Part shown: positions 41,099 to 49,053 of the stretch, in pieces | How the letters are laid out: every line of letters starts with the position of its first letter | Numbering within the stretch: the stretch's first letter is position 1 | Assembly: GCA_030739735.1 (NCBI GenBank) | Contig: JASLYQ010000015.1 | Coordinates: 5,733 to 69,732, forward strand | Direction of reading: 5' to 3' | DNA: 64,000 nt | Origin: Alphaproteobacteria bacterium | GTDB taxonomy: Bacteria > Pseudomonadota > Alphaproteobacteria > UBA7887 | Position numbers and translations under genes: made by a program | The notes under the pieces: generated by a model | Told to the model about the DNA's origin: nothing | The model's input: the letters and a program-made list of their open reading frames with translations, nothing else | Databases searched by the model: none

Positions 41099-41800
41099 TC
41101 ACCAAGTCTCGCCAAATGGGCGCAATTCGACAAGAAACGAGCGTGCCGAGCGCGGCTGGTGTGCGGTATGGAAGATCTCCTCAGCCAACTCTTCTGGCTT
41201 GGCGAAGACCTCGTCCGGCTTGTCGCCGAAGCGGCGGCGGGCGAACGGCATGTCGATGAGCGCATCGATCACCACATAGGCCACGTGCACGCCTTGCGGC
41301 CCCAGCTCGCGGGCCAAACATTCTGCCAGGATGCGCTGCGAGGCCTTGGTCGGTGAGAAGCCAACGAAGCTCGGAATGCCACGTGTCGCGCCGGTATTGC
41401 CGGTGACCACGAGCGCGCCAGTGCCGCGCGCGGCCATGGCTGGCGCCAGCTCCTGGGCCGTGACCAGCAGGCCCGTGGTGTTGACGCGAAAATTGCGCTC
41501 GAAAACCTCGGTATCGAGCGCGGTGTAATCGGCGAAGGTGGCGAGCGCCGCGTTGTAGACTACCACGTCGGGTTCGCCCTCTTCCGTAACGATATGCCGC
41601 AGCGTCTCGCGATAGGTGTCGAGATCGGCAATATCGGCAGGATAGGCGGTGCCACCCTCGACCGCGGTAGCCAGCTCACTTAGGCGTTTGGAATTTCGTG
41701 CGAGCATCGACACGCGATACCCCCCCACCGCGAAGCGCTTCGCGCAGGCTAACCCCGTCCCGACACCGACACCGATGACGAGACAGTGTCCCACGGTTAC
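41099..41800 (-). CDS. atypical SDR-family oxidoreductase (paralogue 1 of 3)
   Basis: About 235 aa with a GVGVGTG cofactor motif. It is a close paralogue of the proteins at 46387-47106 and 47106-47807, and all three end ...ELRPxxETW. The probable start is GTG near 41800. Confidence 0.7.
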   Translation of the reverse strand, partial: VTVGHCLVIGVGVGTGLACAKRFAVGGYRVSMLARNSKRLSELATAVEGGTAYPADIADLDTYRETLRHIVTEEGEPDVVVYNAALATFADYTALDTEVFERNFRVNTTGLLVTAQELAPAMAARGTGALVVTGNTGATRGIPSFVGFSPTKASQRILAECLARELGPQGVHVAYVVIDALIDMPFARRRFGDKPDEVFAKPEELAEEIFHTAHQPRSARSFLVELRPFGETW

Positions 41801-42411
41801 GCCCTTGCAGTCGGCCGTGTTGCCACCCGCTCCCACCAAGCAGCAAGATTTACCTGTTCGTCCGCGATACGCACGTCGCAGACCCCCTTGGCCAACAGCA
41901 CAGCACATTGCGCAGTGATGTCCGCTACTGTGTAGTCAGCCGTGGCGACGAAATCACGGCCTGCCAACTCCTTGTCTAACCAATCGTAGCGCTCCCGGAT
42001 CTTATCTCGACAAGCATCGGCCCAGGCGGGAATCTGTTCCATGCGCCCGTCCCACATTTTGTGGCTATGGACAAAGGCGTGCATGGCTGGCAGCAGAATT
42101 TCGTGCTCCATGCGCCGGTTCCACATCTCAACTTGCGCCTGCTCTCGCGCATCGCGGCCAAACAACGGCGGCTCGGGATGTTGCAATTCGAGATAGCGGC
42201 AGATGGCGACTGACTCGGCAATACAACTGCCGTCATCGAGCTCGAGTACAGGCAGCAGCCCGAGCGAATTTTTCGTTTCCAGAAACTTCGCCGTGCGGTT
42301 CTCGCCTTTCATCATGTCGACCATGACGGCGGGAATATCGAGATTTTTCTCGGCCATGAAGATGCGCACGCGCCGTGTGTTGGGTGAGCCGGCAAGATCG
42401 TAGAATTTCAT
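41797..42411 (-). CDS. glutathione S-transferase
   Basis: MKFYDLAGSPNTRRVRIFMAEKNL... N-terminal thioredoxin-like domain plus a C-terminal helical domain. Paralogue of 47812-48435. Confidence 0.8.
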   Translation of the reverse strand: MKFYDLAGSPNTRRVRIFMAEKNLDIPAVMVDMMKGENRTAKFLETKNSLGLLPVLELDDGSCIAESVAICRYLELQHPEPPLFGRDAREQAQVEMWNRRMEHEILLPAMHAFVHSHKMWDGRMEQIPAWADACRDKIRERYDWLDKELAGRDFVATADYTVADITAQCAVLLAKGVCDVRIADEQVNLAAWWERVATRPTARA

Positions 42412-42424
42412 TTTCTGAGCCTTC

Positions 42425-43219
42425 CTATTCACCCTTAAAGACCGGCGCGCGCTTCTCGAGGAAGGCCTTAACGCCCTCATGTCCATCCGCAGTCGTAGTC
42501 GAAACGCGCGCCAGAACACGGGTCTCGCGCTCCATCTGCGATTCAAGCGTGTCGTTGGGTGCCGTCTGAAGGAGCTCCTTGACGCCACCGAAGGCCTCGG
42601 TTGGACCTGCCGCAAGCTGCTCGGCGAGCGCCGTCACCTCACCCATCAGCTCAGCCGCCGGCACGACCTTGTTGACCAGACCCCAGTCGAGTGCTTCCGC
42701 CGCGTCGAGCGTGCGGTTGGTCATGTAAAGCTCGGCCGCGCGGCGCGTGCCGATCAGACGCGTCAGGAAATAGGTCGAGCTGCCGTCGGGGGTGAAGCCA
42801 AGTTTAGTGTAGGCGCTAGTGAACTTGGCGTGGTCCGCGGCAATGGCGAGGTCGCAGAAGGCGACAACACTGAGCCCCGCCCCGGCGGCCACGCCGTTGA
42901 TGGCTGCAACTAGCGGCGCGCGCATCCAGGCGAAGCGCGAGACCGCGGCGTGCAGCACCGTGGTCATCTCCTTGAGGCGCATCTCCAGCTGTTCGGGCTT
43001 GACGGCAAAGCCGCCGATATCGCCGCCGGCGCAAAAGGCCTTGTTGCCAGTGCCGGTGAGCACAGCCGCGCGCACCCGCTTGTCTGTGCCACAGCGGTTG
43101 GCAACATCCAGCAGCTCCTTGGCCATGGCGGCGTTAAGCGCGTTGTACTGCTCGGGGCGATTGAGGGTAATCCAGGCGATGTTGTCGCGGATATCGAGAT
43201 CGAGGGCGGTGTAGGTCAT
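42425..43219 (-). CDS. enoyl-CoA hydratase/isomerase family protein
   Basis: Crotonase fold with the GTGNKAFCAGGDI oxyanion-hole motif. Confidence 0.85.
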   Translation of the reverse strand: MTYTALDLDIRDNIAWITLNRPEQYNALNAAMAKELLDVANRCGTDKRVRAAVLTGTGNKAFCAGGDIGGFAVKPEQLEMRLKEMTTVLHAAVSRFAWMRAPLVAAINGVAAGAGLSVVAFCDLAIAADHAKFTSAYTKLGFTPDGSSTYFLTRLIGTRRAAELYMTNRTLDAAEALDWGLVNKVVPAAELMGEVTALAEQLAAGPTEAFGGVKELLQTAPNDTLESQMERETRVLARVSTTTADGHEGVKAFLEKRAPVFKGE

Positions 43220-44061
43220 GAGGCTTCCGTTTCCTTATTCGCGGCCCCAAAGACGGGCTCCCGCTTTTCGATGAAGGCGCACACCGCCTCCCTGTGGTCG
43301 GCGCTGGCCGCAGCCTGTAGCAGCCGCTCGGCCTCGCTGTCGAGCGCGGCGAGAAAATCCTTCTCCGCAACATCGTCGAGATTGTCCTTAATCAGCGCCA
43401 GCGCCTGGCGCGGTCCCGCCGCAAGCTGCCTGGCCAACGCGAAGGCCTCGCCCGCCAGCTGGTCGCCCGGCACCACCCGATTGACCAGGCCGATGCGCTC
43501 GCACGTCGCCCCATCGATGCGGTCGGCGGTGAACATGAGTTCGCGGGCCCGGCCGTTGCCGACGGCACGGCTCAAGAGCCAGGCGACGCCATAGTCGCCG
43601 CTCAGCCCGATGCGGGCATAGCCGGTCGAGACGAAGGCCGTCTCGGCGGCGATGCGAATGTCGCAGGCGAGCGCGATGGCAAGTCCTGCCCCGGCTGCCG
43701 GGCCCGGCAGTGCCGCGATGGTGGGCTTGCGCAAAGCGACGAGCGCACCTGTCAGGGTGCGTTGGCGCTGGCGCAGATCGGCGACCTTGGCATCAAAGGA
43801 AAGCTCGCTGCCGATGCCGCTCGCGCTCATACCCTTGACGTCGCCGCCAGCACAGAATGCGGTGCCGGTGCCGGTTAGCAGCAGCGCACCGATGGCATCG
43901 TCCTCACCACAACGGTGTATCATGCGGCGCAGCGCGGGCGTCAGCTCGTTGGAGAGCGCATTGCGCGCCTCAGGCCGGTTCAAGATAATGGTGGCGACGC
44001 CTTCTTGCAGCGTGCACAGCAGCTGCTCAGTCCCAGTCTCGACGGCAATCGACTCGGCCAA
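43216..44061 (-). CDS. enoyl-CoA hydratase/isomerase family protein
   Basis: Crotonase fold with the GTGTAFCAGGDV motif. It overlaps the downstream ECH start by 4 nt. Confidence 0.85.
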   Translation of the reverse strand: MAESIAVETGTEQLLCTLQEGVATIILNRPEARNALSNELTPALRRMIHRCGEDDAIGALLLTGTGTAFCAGGDVKGMSASGIGSELSFDAKVADLRQRQRTLTGALVALRKPTIAALPGPAAGAGLAIALACDIRIAAETAFVSTGYARIGLSGDYGVAWLLSRAVGNGRARELMFTADRIDGATCERIGLVNRVVPGDQLAGEAFALARQLAAGPRQALALIKDNLDDVAEKDFLAALDSEAERLLQAAASADHREAVCAFIEKREPVFGAANKETEAS

Positions 44062-44079
44062 GGCCCTCTCCCTCTATAA

Positions 44080-44156
44080 AAGTTCCGGTTCAGAACCTTT
44101 ACCGGTCGCGACTATGCGCATGCGCTACCTGGGCCGCAAGTTCGAAATTTGAACTT
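44080..44156. promoter_or_regulatory. two copies of AAGTTC-N7-GAAC palindrome in divergent promoter (candidate HxlR operator)
   Basis: AAGTTCcggttcaGAAC at 44080-44096 and AAGTTCgaaatttGAACTT at 44138-44156, lying between the divergent ECH operon and the hxlR-NMO operon. Confidence 0.35.
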
Positions 44157-44244
44157 TTGTTCCCGGCGGCGATGCCGTAATGGTCTCATCCGACCGCAAC
44201 GCATGTATCGCCGGATCGCCGGCGCGATAAGAAGGAGCGCGGCG

Positions 44245-44685
44245 ATGGATGAGCAGGGCCGACCCTATAGTAGAGTGAATTGCCCGATTGCCGATGCACT
44301 CGGCATCATCGGCGACCGCTGGACATTGCTGATCCTGCGCGACGCCGTTGTCGGGGTGACCCGTTTCGAGACGTTTCAGAACCGCCTCGGCGTCTCCCGA
44401 AGCGTGCTGACGACGCGGCTAAAGCATTTGATTGATGTTGGGCTACTCGACCGCAAGCCTGTGCGCGATGACGGCCGCAGACAAGAATATGTGCTGACCA
44501 AAAAGGGGCAAGCCATGTTGCCTGTCCTCGCCGCCTTGGTCGAATGGGGAGAAACCTGGATGCCGCAGCCTGACGGCCCACGCGCCCGGCTCGTCGACCG
44601 CCGGAGCGGCGATCCGGTGTCGCTTCACTTTTGCCGGGATAGTGACAGCGCCACCGTTCCCGCAGCGGCTGTGTGCCTTCGATGA
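44245..44685 (+). CDS. HxlR-family (DUF24) winged-helix transcriptional regulator
   Basis: CPIADALGIIGDRWTLLILRDA...EYVLTKKG signature. Confidence 0.75.
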   Translation: MDEQGRPYSRVNCPIADALGIIGDRWTLLILRDAVVGVTRFETFQNRLGVSRSVLTTRLKHLIDVGLLDRKPVRDDGRRQEYVLTKKGQAMLPVLAALVEWGETWMPQPDGPRARLVDRRSGDPVSLHFCRDSDSATVPAAAVCLR

Positions 44686-45665
44686 CGCTACCACCCGTGC
44701 TCGATGGCACATTGCGCATCCCGGTGATCGGTGCGCCATTGTTCATGATCTCCAATCCGAAGCTGGTCATCGCCCAGTGCGCCGCGGGCATCGTCGGCTC
44801 GTTCCCGGCACTCAATGCGCGCCCGCCCGAAGCGCTCGATGACTGGCTGGCGGAGATCAAGGAAACGCTGGCGACGCATGACAAAGCGTATCCCGAACAG
44901 CCCGCCGCTCCCTTCGCCCTGAACCAGATCGTGCACAAGTCGAACACGCGCCTCGACCATGACATGGAAATGTGTGTCAAGCACAAGGTCCCCATCGTCA
45001 TCACCTCGCTCGGCGCTCGCCCGGAAGTGTGCGATGCGGTGCATGCATATGGCGGCATAGTGATGCACGACATCATCAACATCCATTTCGCCCACAAGGC
45101 AGTAGACAAGGGCGCGGACGGCCTCATTGCTGTCTGTGCCGGCGCGGGCGGACACGCGGGCACGCTGTCACCTTTCGCGCTGATCCAGGAGATTCGCGAA
45201 TGGTTTGACGGCCCGCTGGCGCTGTCGGGCGCCATCGCGCAGGGCGGAGCGGTGCTTGCCGCCAAGGCCATGGGCGCGGACCTCGCCTATATCGGCTCGG
45301 CCTTTGTCGCCACCGAGGAGGCTAACGCCATCAACGCCTACAAGCAGGCGATCGTCGACGGCGTGGCCGACGACATCGTCTACACCAACTTTTTTTCGGG
45401 CGTGCGTGGCAACTACCTAGCGCCCTCAATCGCCAATGCGGGACTCGACCCGCACGACCTGCCGGAGGCCGATCCATCGAAGATGGACTTCAGGTCGGGT
45501 GGGATTGGGGCGAAGAAGGTCTGGCGCGACATCTGGGGCTCGGGCCAGGGCATCGGCGCCATCAAGGCAGTGATGCCCGCCGCGGCGTTGGTCGATCGCC
45601 TGACGGCAGAATACGAGGCCGCCCGCGACAGCCTCGCGGCGCCACTGCACGCGACGGCAAAATAG
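44682..45665 (+). CDS. nitronate monooxygenase (NMO / 2-nitropropane dioxygenase family), FMN-dependent
   Basis: IPVIGAPLFMISNPKLVIAQCAAGIVGSFPA and a TIM-barrel FMN pattern. The start overlaps the hxlR stop (ATGA). Confidence 0.8.
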   Translation: MTLPPVLDGTLRIPVIGAPLFMISNPKLVIAQCAAGIVGSFPALNARPPEALDDWLAEIKETLATHDKAYPEQPAAPFALNQIVHKSNTRLDHDMEMCVKHKVPIVITSLGARPEVCDAVHAYGGIVMHDIINIHFAHKAVDKGADGLIAVCAGAGGHAGTLSPFALIQEIREWFDGPLALSGAIAQGGAVLAAKAMGADLAYIGSAFVATEEANAINAYKQAIVDGVADDIVYTNFFSGVRGNYLAPSIANAGLDPHDLPEADPSKMDFRSGGIGAKKVWRDIWGSGQGIGAIKAVMPAAALVDRLTAEYEAARDSLAAPLHATAK

Positions 45666-45681
45666 GAATAGGAGTGACACC

Positions 45682-46368
45682 GTGGCCCTGACCAGCGCCC
45701 AGCTACATTACAGCATTATCAACGACGTCGTTGCCAACGGGCGGGCGCCGCATCTCTCGGTGCTGGCATCACGCTACCACGTGATGCCGGAGGAAATGCA
45801 AAAAGGGCTGCGGCAGCTCGCCGATGACCGCGGCGTGGTGCTGCATCCGGACAACGACGAGATCTGGGCAATCCACCCCTTCTCCCTGGCGCCAACCAAC
45901 TTCACGGTGCGCGCCGGGGCGAAAGTCTGGTGGGGCAACTGTGCTTGGTGCTCGCTCGGCATCGCCGCGCTGATCGGCGGAGAGGTCACAATCAGCAGCA
46001 CCCTCGGCGGTGAAGGCCAGCCGGTCAGCGTCACGGTAAGGGACGGCACGGTTGAGGATAGCAACCTCGTAGTCCACTTCCCCATTCCTATGCAGCACAT
46101 CTGGAACAACGTGATCTATAGCTGCAGCACCATGCTATTTTTCGAAAGTGAGACAGAGGTCCGGTCCTGGTGCTTCCGCCACGGCATCGTCATAGGCGAC
46201 GTGCGGTCAATCGACACCGTGGCGCGCTTCGCGGGCGACTGGTACGGGCGCCATCGCGACAAGGATTGGCAGAAGTGGACGGTTGCCGAGGCGCGTGAGC
46301 TGTTCGCACGGCATGGACTATCCGGCCAAATTTGGGAGCTGCCGGATGGGGACGATACGAGATTCTGA
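45682..46368 (+). CDS. alkylmercury lyase (MerB)-family protein, non-canonical
   Basis: Colinear with MerB. The core YAWCALDTLIFPALIG...VSLTV aligns with CAWCSLGIAALIGG...VSVTV. The second Cys region FCCHVHFF aligns with SCSTMLFF, and the C-terminal EDWASKHQGLEGLAIVSV aligns with EVRSWCFRHGIVIGDV. The position of the catalytic Asp is not acidic. Confidence 0.55.
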   Translation: MALTSAQLHYSIINDVVANGRAPHLSVLASRYHVMPEEMQKGLRQLADDRGVVLHPDNDEIWAIHPFSLAPTNFTVRAGAKVWWGNCAWCSLGIAALIGGEVTISSTLGGEGQPVSVTVRDGTVEDSNLVVHFPIPMQHIWNNVIYSCSTMLFFESETEVRSWCFRHGIVIGDVRSIDTVARFAGDWYGRHRDKDWQKWTVAEARELFARHGLSGQIWELPDGDDTRF

Positions 46369-46386
46369 GGAGAAGGGAGTGGGACC

Positions 46387-47106
46387 TTGGCAAACCCCGT
46401 TTGTCTGATCGCCGGGGCAGGACCCGGCACCGGTGGCGAATGCGCCAGGCGCTTCGCCAGCGGCGGCTACCGTGTCGCCATGCTGGCGCGCAACAAGGAG
46501 CGCCTCGACACGCTTGAGGCAGAGATCCAGGGCTCACGCGGCTATGTCTGTGACGTGTCCGATCTCGACGGCCTGATGGCGACCGCCGAGTGCGTGCGCG
46601 ATGAGATGGGCGCGCCCGAGGTGGTCGTGCACAACGCCGTCTCGGGCATCCTCGAAGGCGGCGGCGCGGCCAAGTTCCTGGAGGACGACCCCACCCGGCT
46701 CGAGCGCAATTTCCGCGTCAACACCACGTCCCTGCTCTACCTTGTCCGCTCTACCGCACCGGCCATGATCGAGGCCGGCAAGGGCGCCATCGTCGTCACC
46801 GGCAATACTTCAGCGACCCGCGGCAAGCCAGCTTTCGCCTATTTCGCGCCTACCAAGGCAGCGCAGCGCATTCTCTGCGAATCCATGGCGCGTGACCTTG
46901 GGCCCAAGGGCGTGCACGTGGCCTATGTGATGATCGACGCCGCCATCGACACCCCGCGCACACGGCCGATCTTCGCCGCCGATAAGCCGGACGAGGATTT
47001 CTGCAAACCGACGGCGATCGCCGAGGAGATCTTCCATGTGGCGCATCAGGATCGCTCTGCTTGGTCCTTCCTGGTCGAGCTGCGGCCCGACCGCGAGACC
47101 TGGTAA
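46387..47106 (+). CDS. atypical SDR-family oxidoreductase (paralogue 2 of 3)
   Basis: TTG start, GAGPGTG cofactor motif and the ...VELRPDRETW C-terminus. Confidence 0.7.
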   Translation: MANPVCLIAGAGPGTGGECARRFASGGYRVAMLARNKERLDTLEAEIQGSRGYVCDVSDLDGLMATAECVRDEMGAPEVVVHNAVSGILEGGGAAKFLEDDPTRLERNFRVNTTSLLYLVRSTAPAMIEAGKGAIVVTGNTSATRGKPAFAYFAPTKAAQRILCESMARDLGPKGVHVAYVMIDAAIDTPRTRPIFAADKPDEDFCKPTAIAEEIFHVAHQDRSAWSFLVELRPDRETW

Positions 47107-47807
47107 TGGCGCCGGTTTGTCTGATAACCGGCGCCGGAGACGGCACCGGGGCCGCTTGTGCCCGCCGCTTTGCCGCCGGTGGCTATCGCGTTGCCATGCT
47201 GGCCCGCACGGAAGAGCGCCTACGCAAGCTTGAAGGCGAGATCGAGGGTAGCAGCGGCTATTTCTGCGATGTCAGCGATCTCGAGCATTTCACAGCTACG
47301 ATGGCGCAGGTGCGCGAGGAGATGGGGGCGCCAAGCACCGCCATTCACAATGCAGTGACGGCGTCTTTCGGCACTGTGCTGGAAGCCGATCCCAAAACCT
47401 TCGAGCATATCTTCCGCGTCAACACCACTGCGCTCATGGTGCTCGCGCAAGGTGTGGCCCCAGCCATGGTAAAAGCGGGCAAGGGCGCCATCATCGTTAC
47501 CGGCAACACCTCGGCCTGGCGCGGTAAGCCTCGCTATTCGATGTTCGCACCGACCAAAGCGGCCCAACGCATCCTCGCCCAGTCGATGGCGCGCGATCTC
47601 GGGCCCAAGGGCGTGCATGTCGCCTATGTCACCATCGACGCCGCCATCGACACGCCCTGGACGCGGCCGCGCTTGCGGCCTGACGAGCCCGACGATTTTT
47701 TTTGTAAACCCAAGGATATTGCGGACGAGATCTTCCATATCGCACATCAGGCGACATCGGCCTGGTCATTCGATGTCGAGATCCGGCCCTTCCATGAAAC
47801 GTGGTGA
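47106..47807 (+). CDS. atypical SDR-family oxidoreductase (paralogue 3 of 3)
   Basis: GAGDGTG motif and the ...VEIRPFHETW C-terminus. Its start overlaps the stop of paralogue 2 (TAATG). Confidence 0.7.
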   Translation: MAPVCLITGAGDGTGAACARRFAAGGYRVAMLARTEERLRKLEGEIEGSSGYFCDVSDLEHFTATMAQVREEMGAPSTAIHNAVTASFGTVLEADPKTFEHIFRVNTTALMVLAQGVAPAMVKAGKGAIIVTGNTSAWRGKPRYSMFAPTKAAQRILAQSMARDLGPKGVHVAYVTIDAAIDTPWTRPRLRPDEPDDFFCKPKDIADEIFHIAHQATSAWSFDVEIRPFHETW

Positions 47808-47811
47808 TGCC

Positions 47812-48435
47812 ATGAAGCTCTACGATTTCAGCCTTGCCCCGAACTCGCGCAGAGTGCGTGTCTTTCTGGCCGAAAAGGGCATCGACACGCCCTTGGTCAG
47901 CGTGAATACGCGCGAAAATGAGCATTTTAGTGCCTGGTTTCGGGAGAAAAATTCCGCTTGCACCGTGCTCGAGCTCGACGACGGCACCTGCATCAGCGAA
48001 TCTGTCGCCATCTGCCGCTATTTCGAGGAAATCCAGCCCGAGCCAGCCTTGTTCGGCACAGGCGCCAAGGAACGCGCGCTGGTGGAGATGTGGAACCGCC
48101 GCGCCGAGCTTGAGGGGCAGCAAGCAGTAGCCCAAATAATTCGCAATTCGGCGCCCATGTTCAAGGACCGCGCGCTGGCTGGCGTGCGCGGCGTACCGCA
48201 GATTCCAGCGCTGATCGAACGCGGCAAAGCAAGCCTCTGCCGCTTTTTCGAGACCATAGACCAGCGCCTCGGCGAGACGCGCTATCTCGCCGGCGAGAGT
48301 TTCAGCATCGCCGACATTACCGCTTTCGTCGCCATCGGCTTTGCCGGGCGTGTCGAGATCGGCGTTCCCAACTCATGCGCCAATGCGAATCGCTGGTTCG
48401 CGGATGTCAGCGCCCGACTAAGCGCGGAGGCCTGA
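47812..48435 (+). CDS. glutathione S-transferase
   Basis: MKLYDFSLAPNSRRVRVFLAEKGI...; paralogue of 41797-42411. Confidence 0.8.
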   Translation: MKLYDFSLAPNSRRVRVFLAEKGIDTPLVSVNTRENEHFSAWFREKNSACTVLELDDGTCISESVAICRYFEEIQPEPALFGTGAKERALVEMWNRRAELEGQQAVAQIIRNSAPMFKDRALAGVRGVPQIPALIERGKASLCRFFETIDQRLGETRYLAGESFSIADITAFVAIGFAGRVEIGVPNSCANANRWFADVSARLSAEA

Positions 48436-48438
48436 GCT

Positions 48439-49053
48439 ATGGCAGCGACCATTGAGTTCTTTTTCGATTTTGGCAGCCCGACGGCGTATATGGCGTACAC
48501 CCAGCTTCCGAGCATCGCCGAGCGCACGGGCGCGTCACTGGTCTACCGGCCTGTGCTGCTCGGCGGCGTCTTCAAGGCCACCGGCAACGCCTCGCCCGCC
48601 ACGGTGTCGGCCAAGGGCGCCTATATGGGCCGCGACCTCGCCCGCAGTGCCGCTAAACTCGGCGTCGACTATGCTCCCAATCCACATTTTCCGGTCAATA
48701 CCCTGGCGATCATGCGCGGCGCCATCGCAGCCCAACACGAAGGCGAGTTCCAGCCCTACCTCAATGCCATGTACCGCGCCATGTGGACCGAGGAGCGCAA
48801 TATGCAGGAGTTCGAGGAGATTGCTGCTGTGCTAGGCACAATCGGGCTCGATCCAGCCCGCTACGGCACTCTAGTACAGGAGCAGGTGATTAAGGATGAA
48901 CTCAAGGCCAACACCGAGGAAGCCGTCTCGCGCGGTGTTTTCGGCGCGCCGACGATGTTCGTAGGCTCAGAGATGTTCTTCGGCCACGATCGGCTCGCCT
49001 GGGTAGAGGAACTGGCCGGCGCTGGCGATATCCCGCCCACGTGGACCGCTTAG
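48439..49053 (+). CDS. 2-hydroxychromene-2-carboxylate isomerase-family (DsbA-like thioredoxin fold)
   Basis: IEFFFDFGSPTAYMAY N-terminus and the FGAPTMFVG..MFFGHDRL C-terminal motif. Confidence 0.75.
   Translation: MAATIEFFFDFGSPTAYMAYTQLPSIAERTGASLVYRPVLLGGVFKATGNASPATVSAKGAYMGRDLARSAAKLGVDYAPNPHFPVNTLAIMRGAIAAQHEGEFQPYLNAMYRAMWTEERNMQEFEEIAAVLGTIGLDPARYGTLVQEQVIKDELKANTEEAVSRGVFGAPTMFVGSEMFFGHDRLAWVEELAGAGDIPPTWTA

Noticed and set aside
45682-46368. MerB-like gene as evidence of a mercury-resistance (mer) operon.
   Set aside because: No merR, merT, merP or merA is present anywhere in the window, and the catalytic Asp is not conserved.
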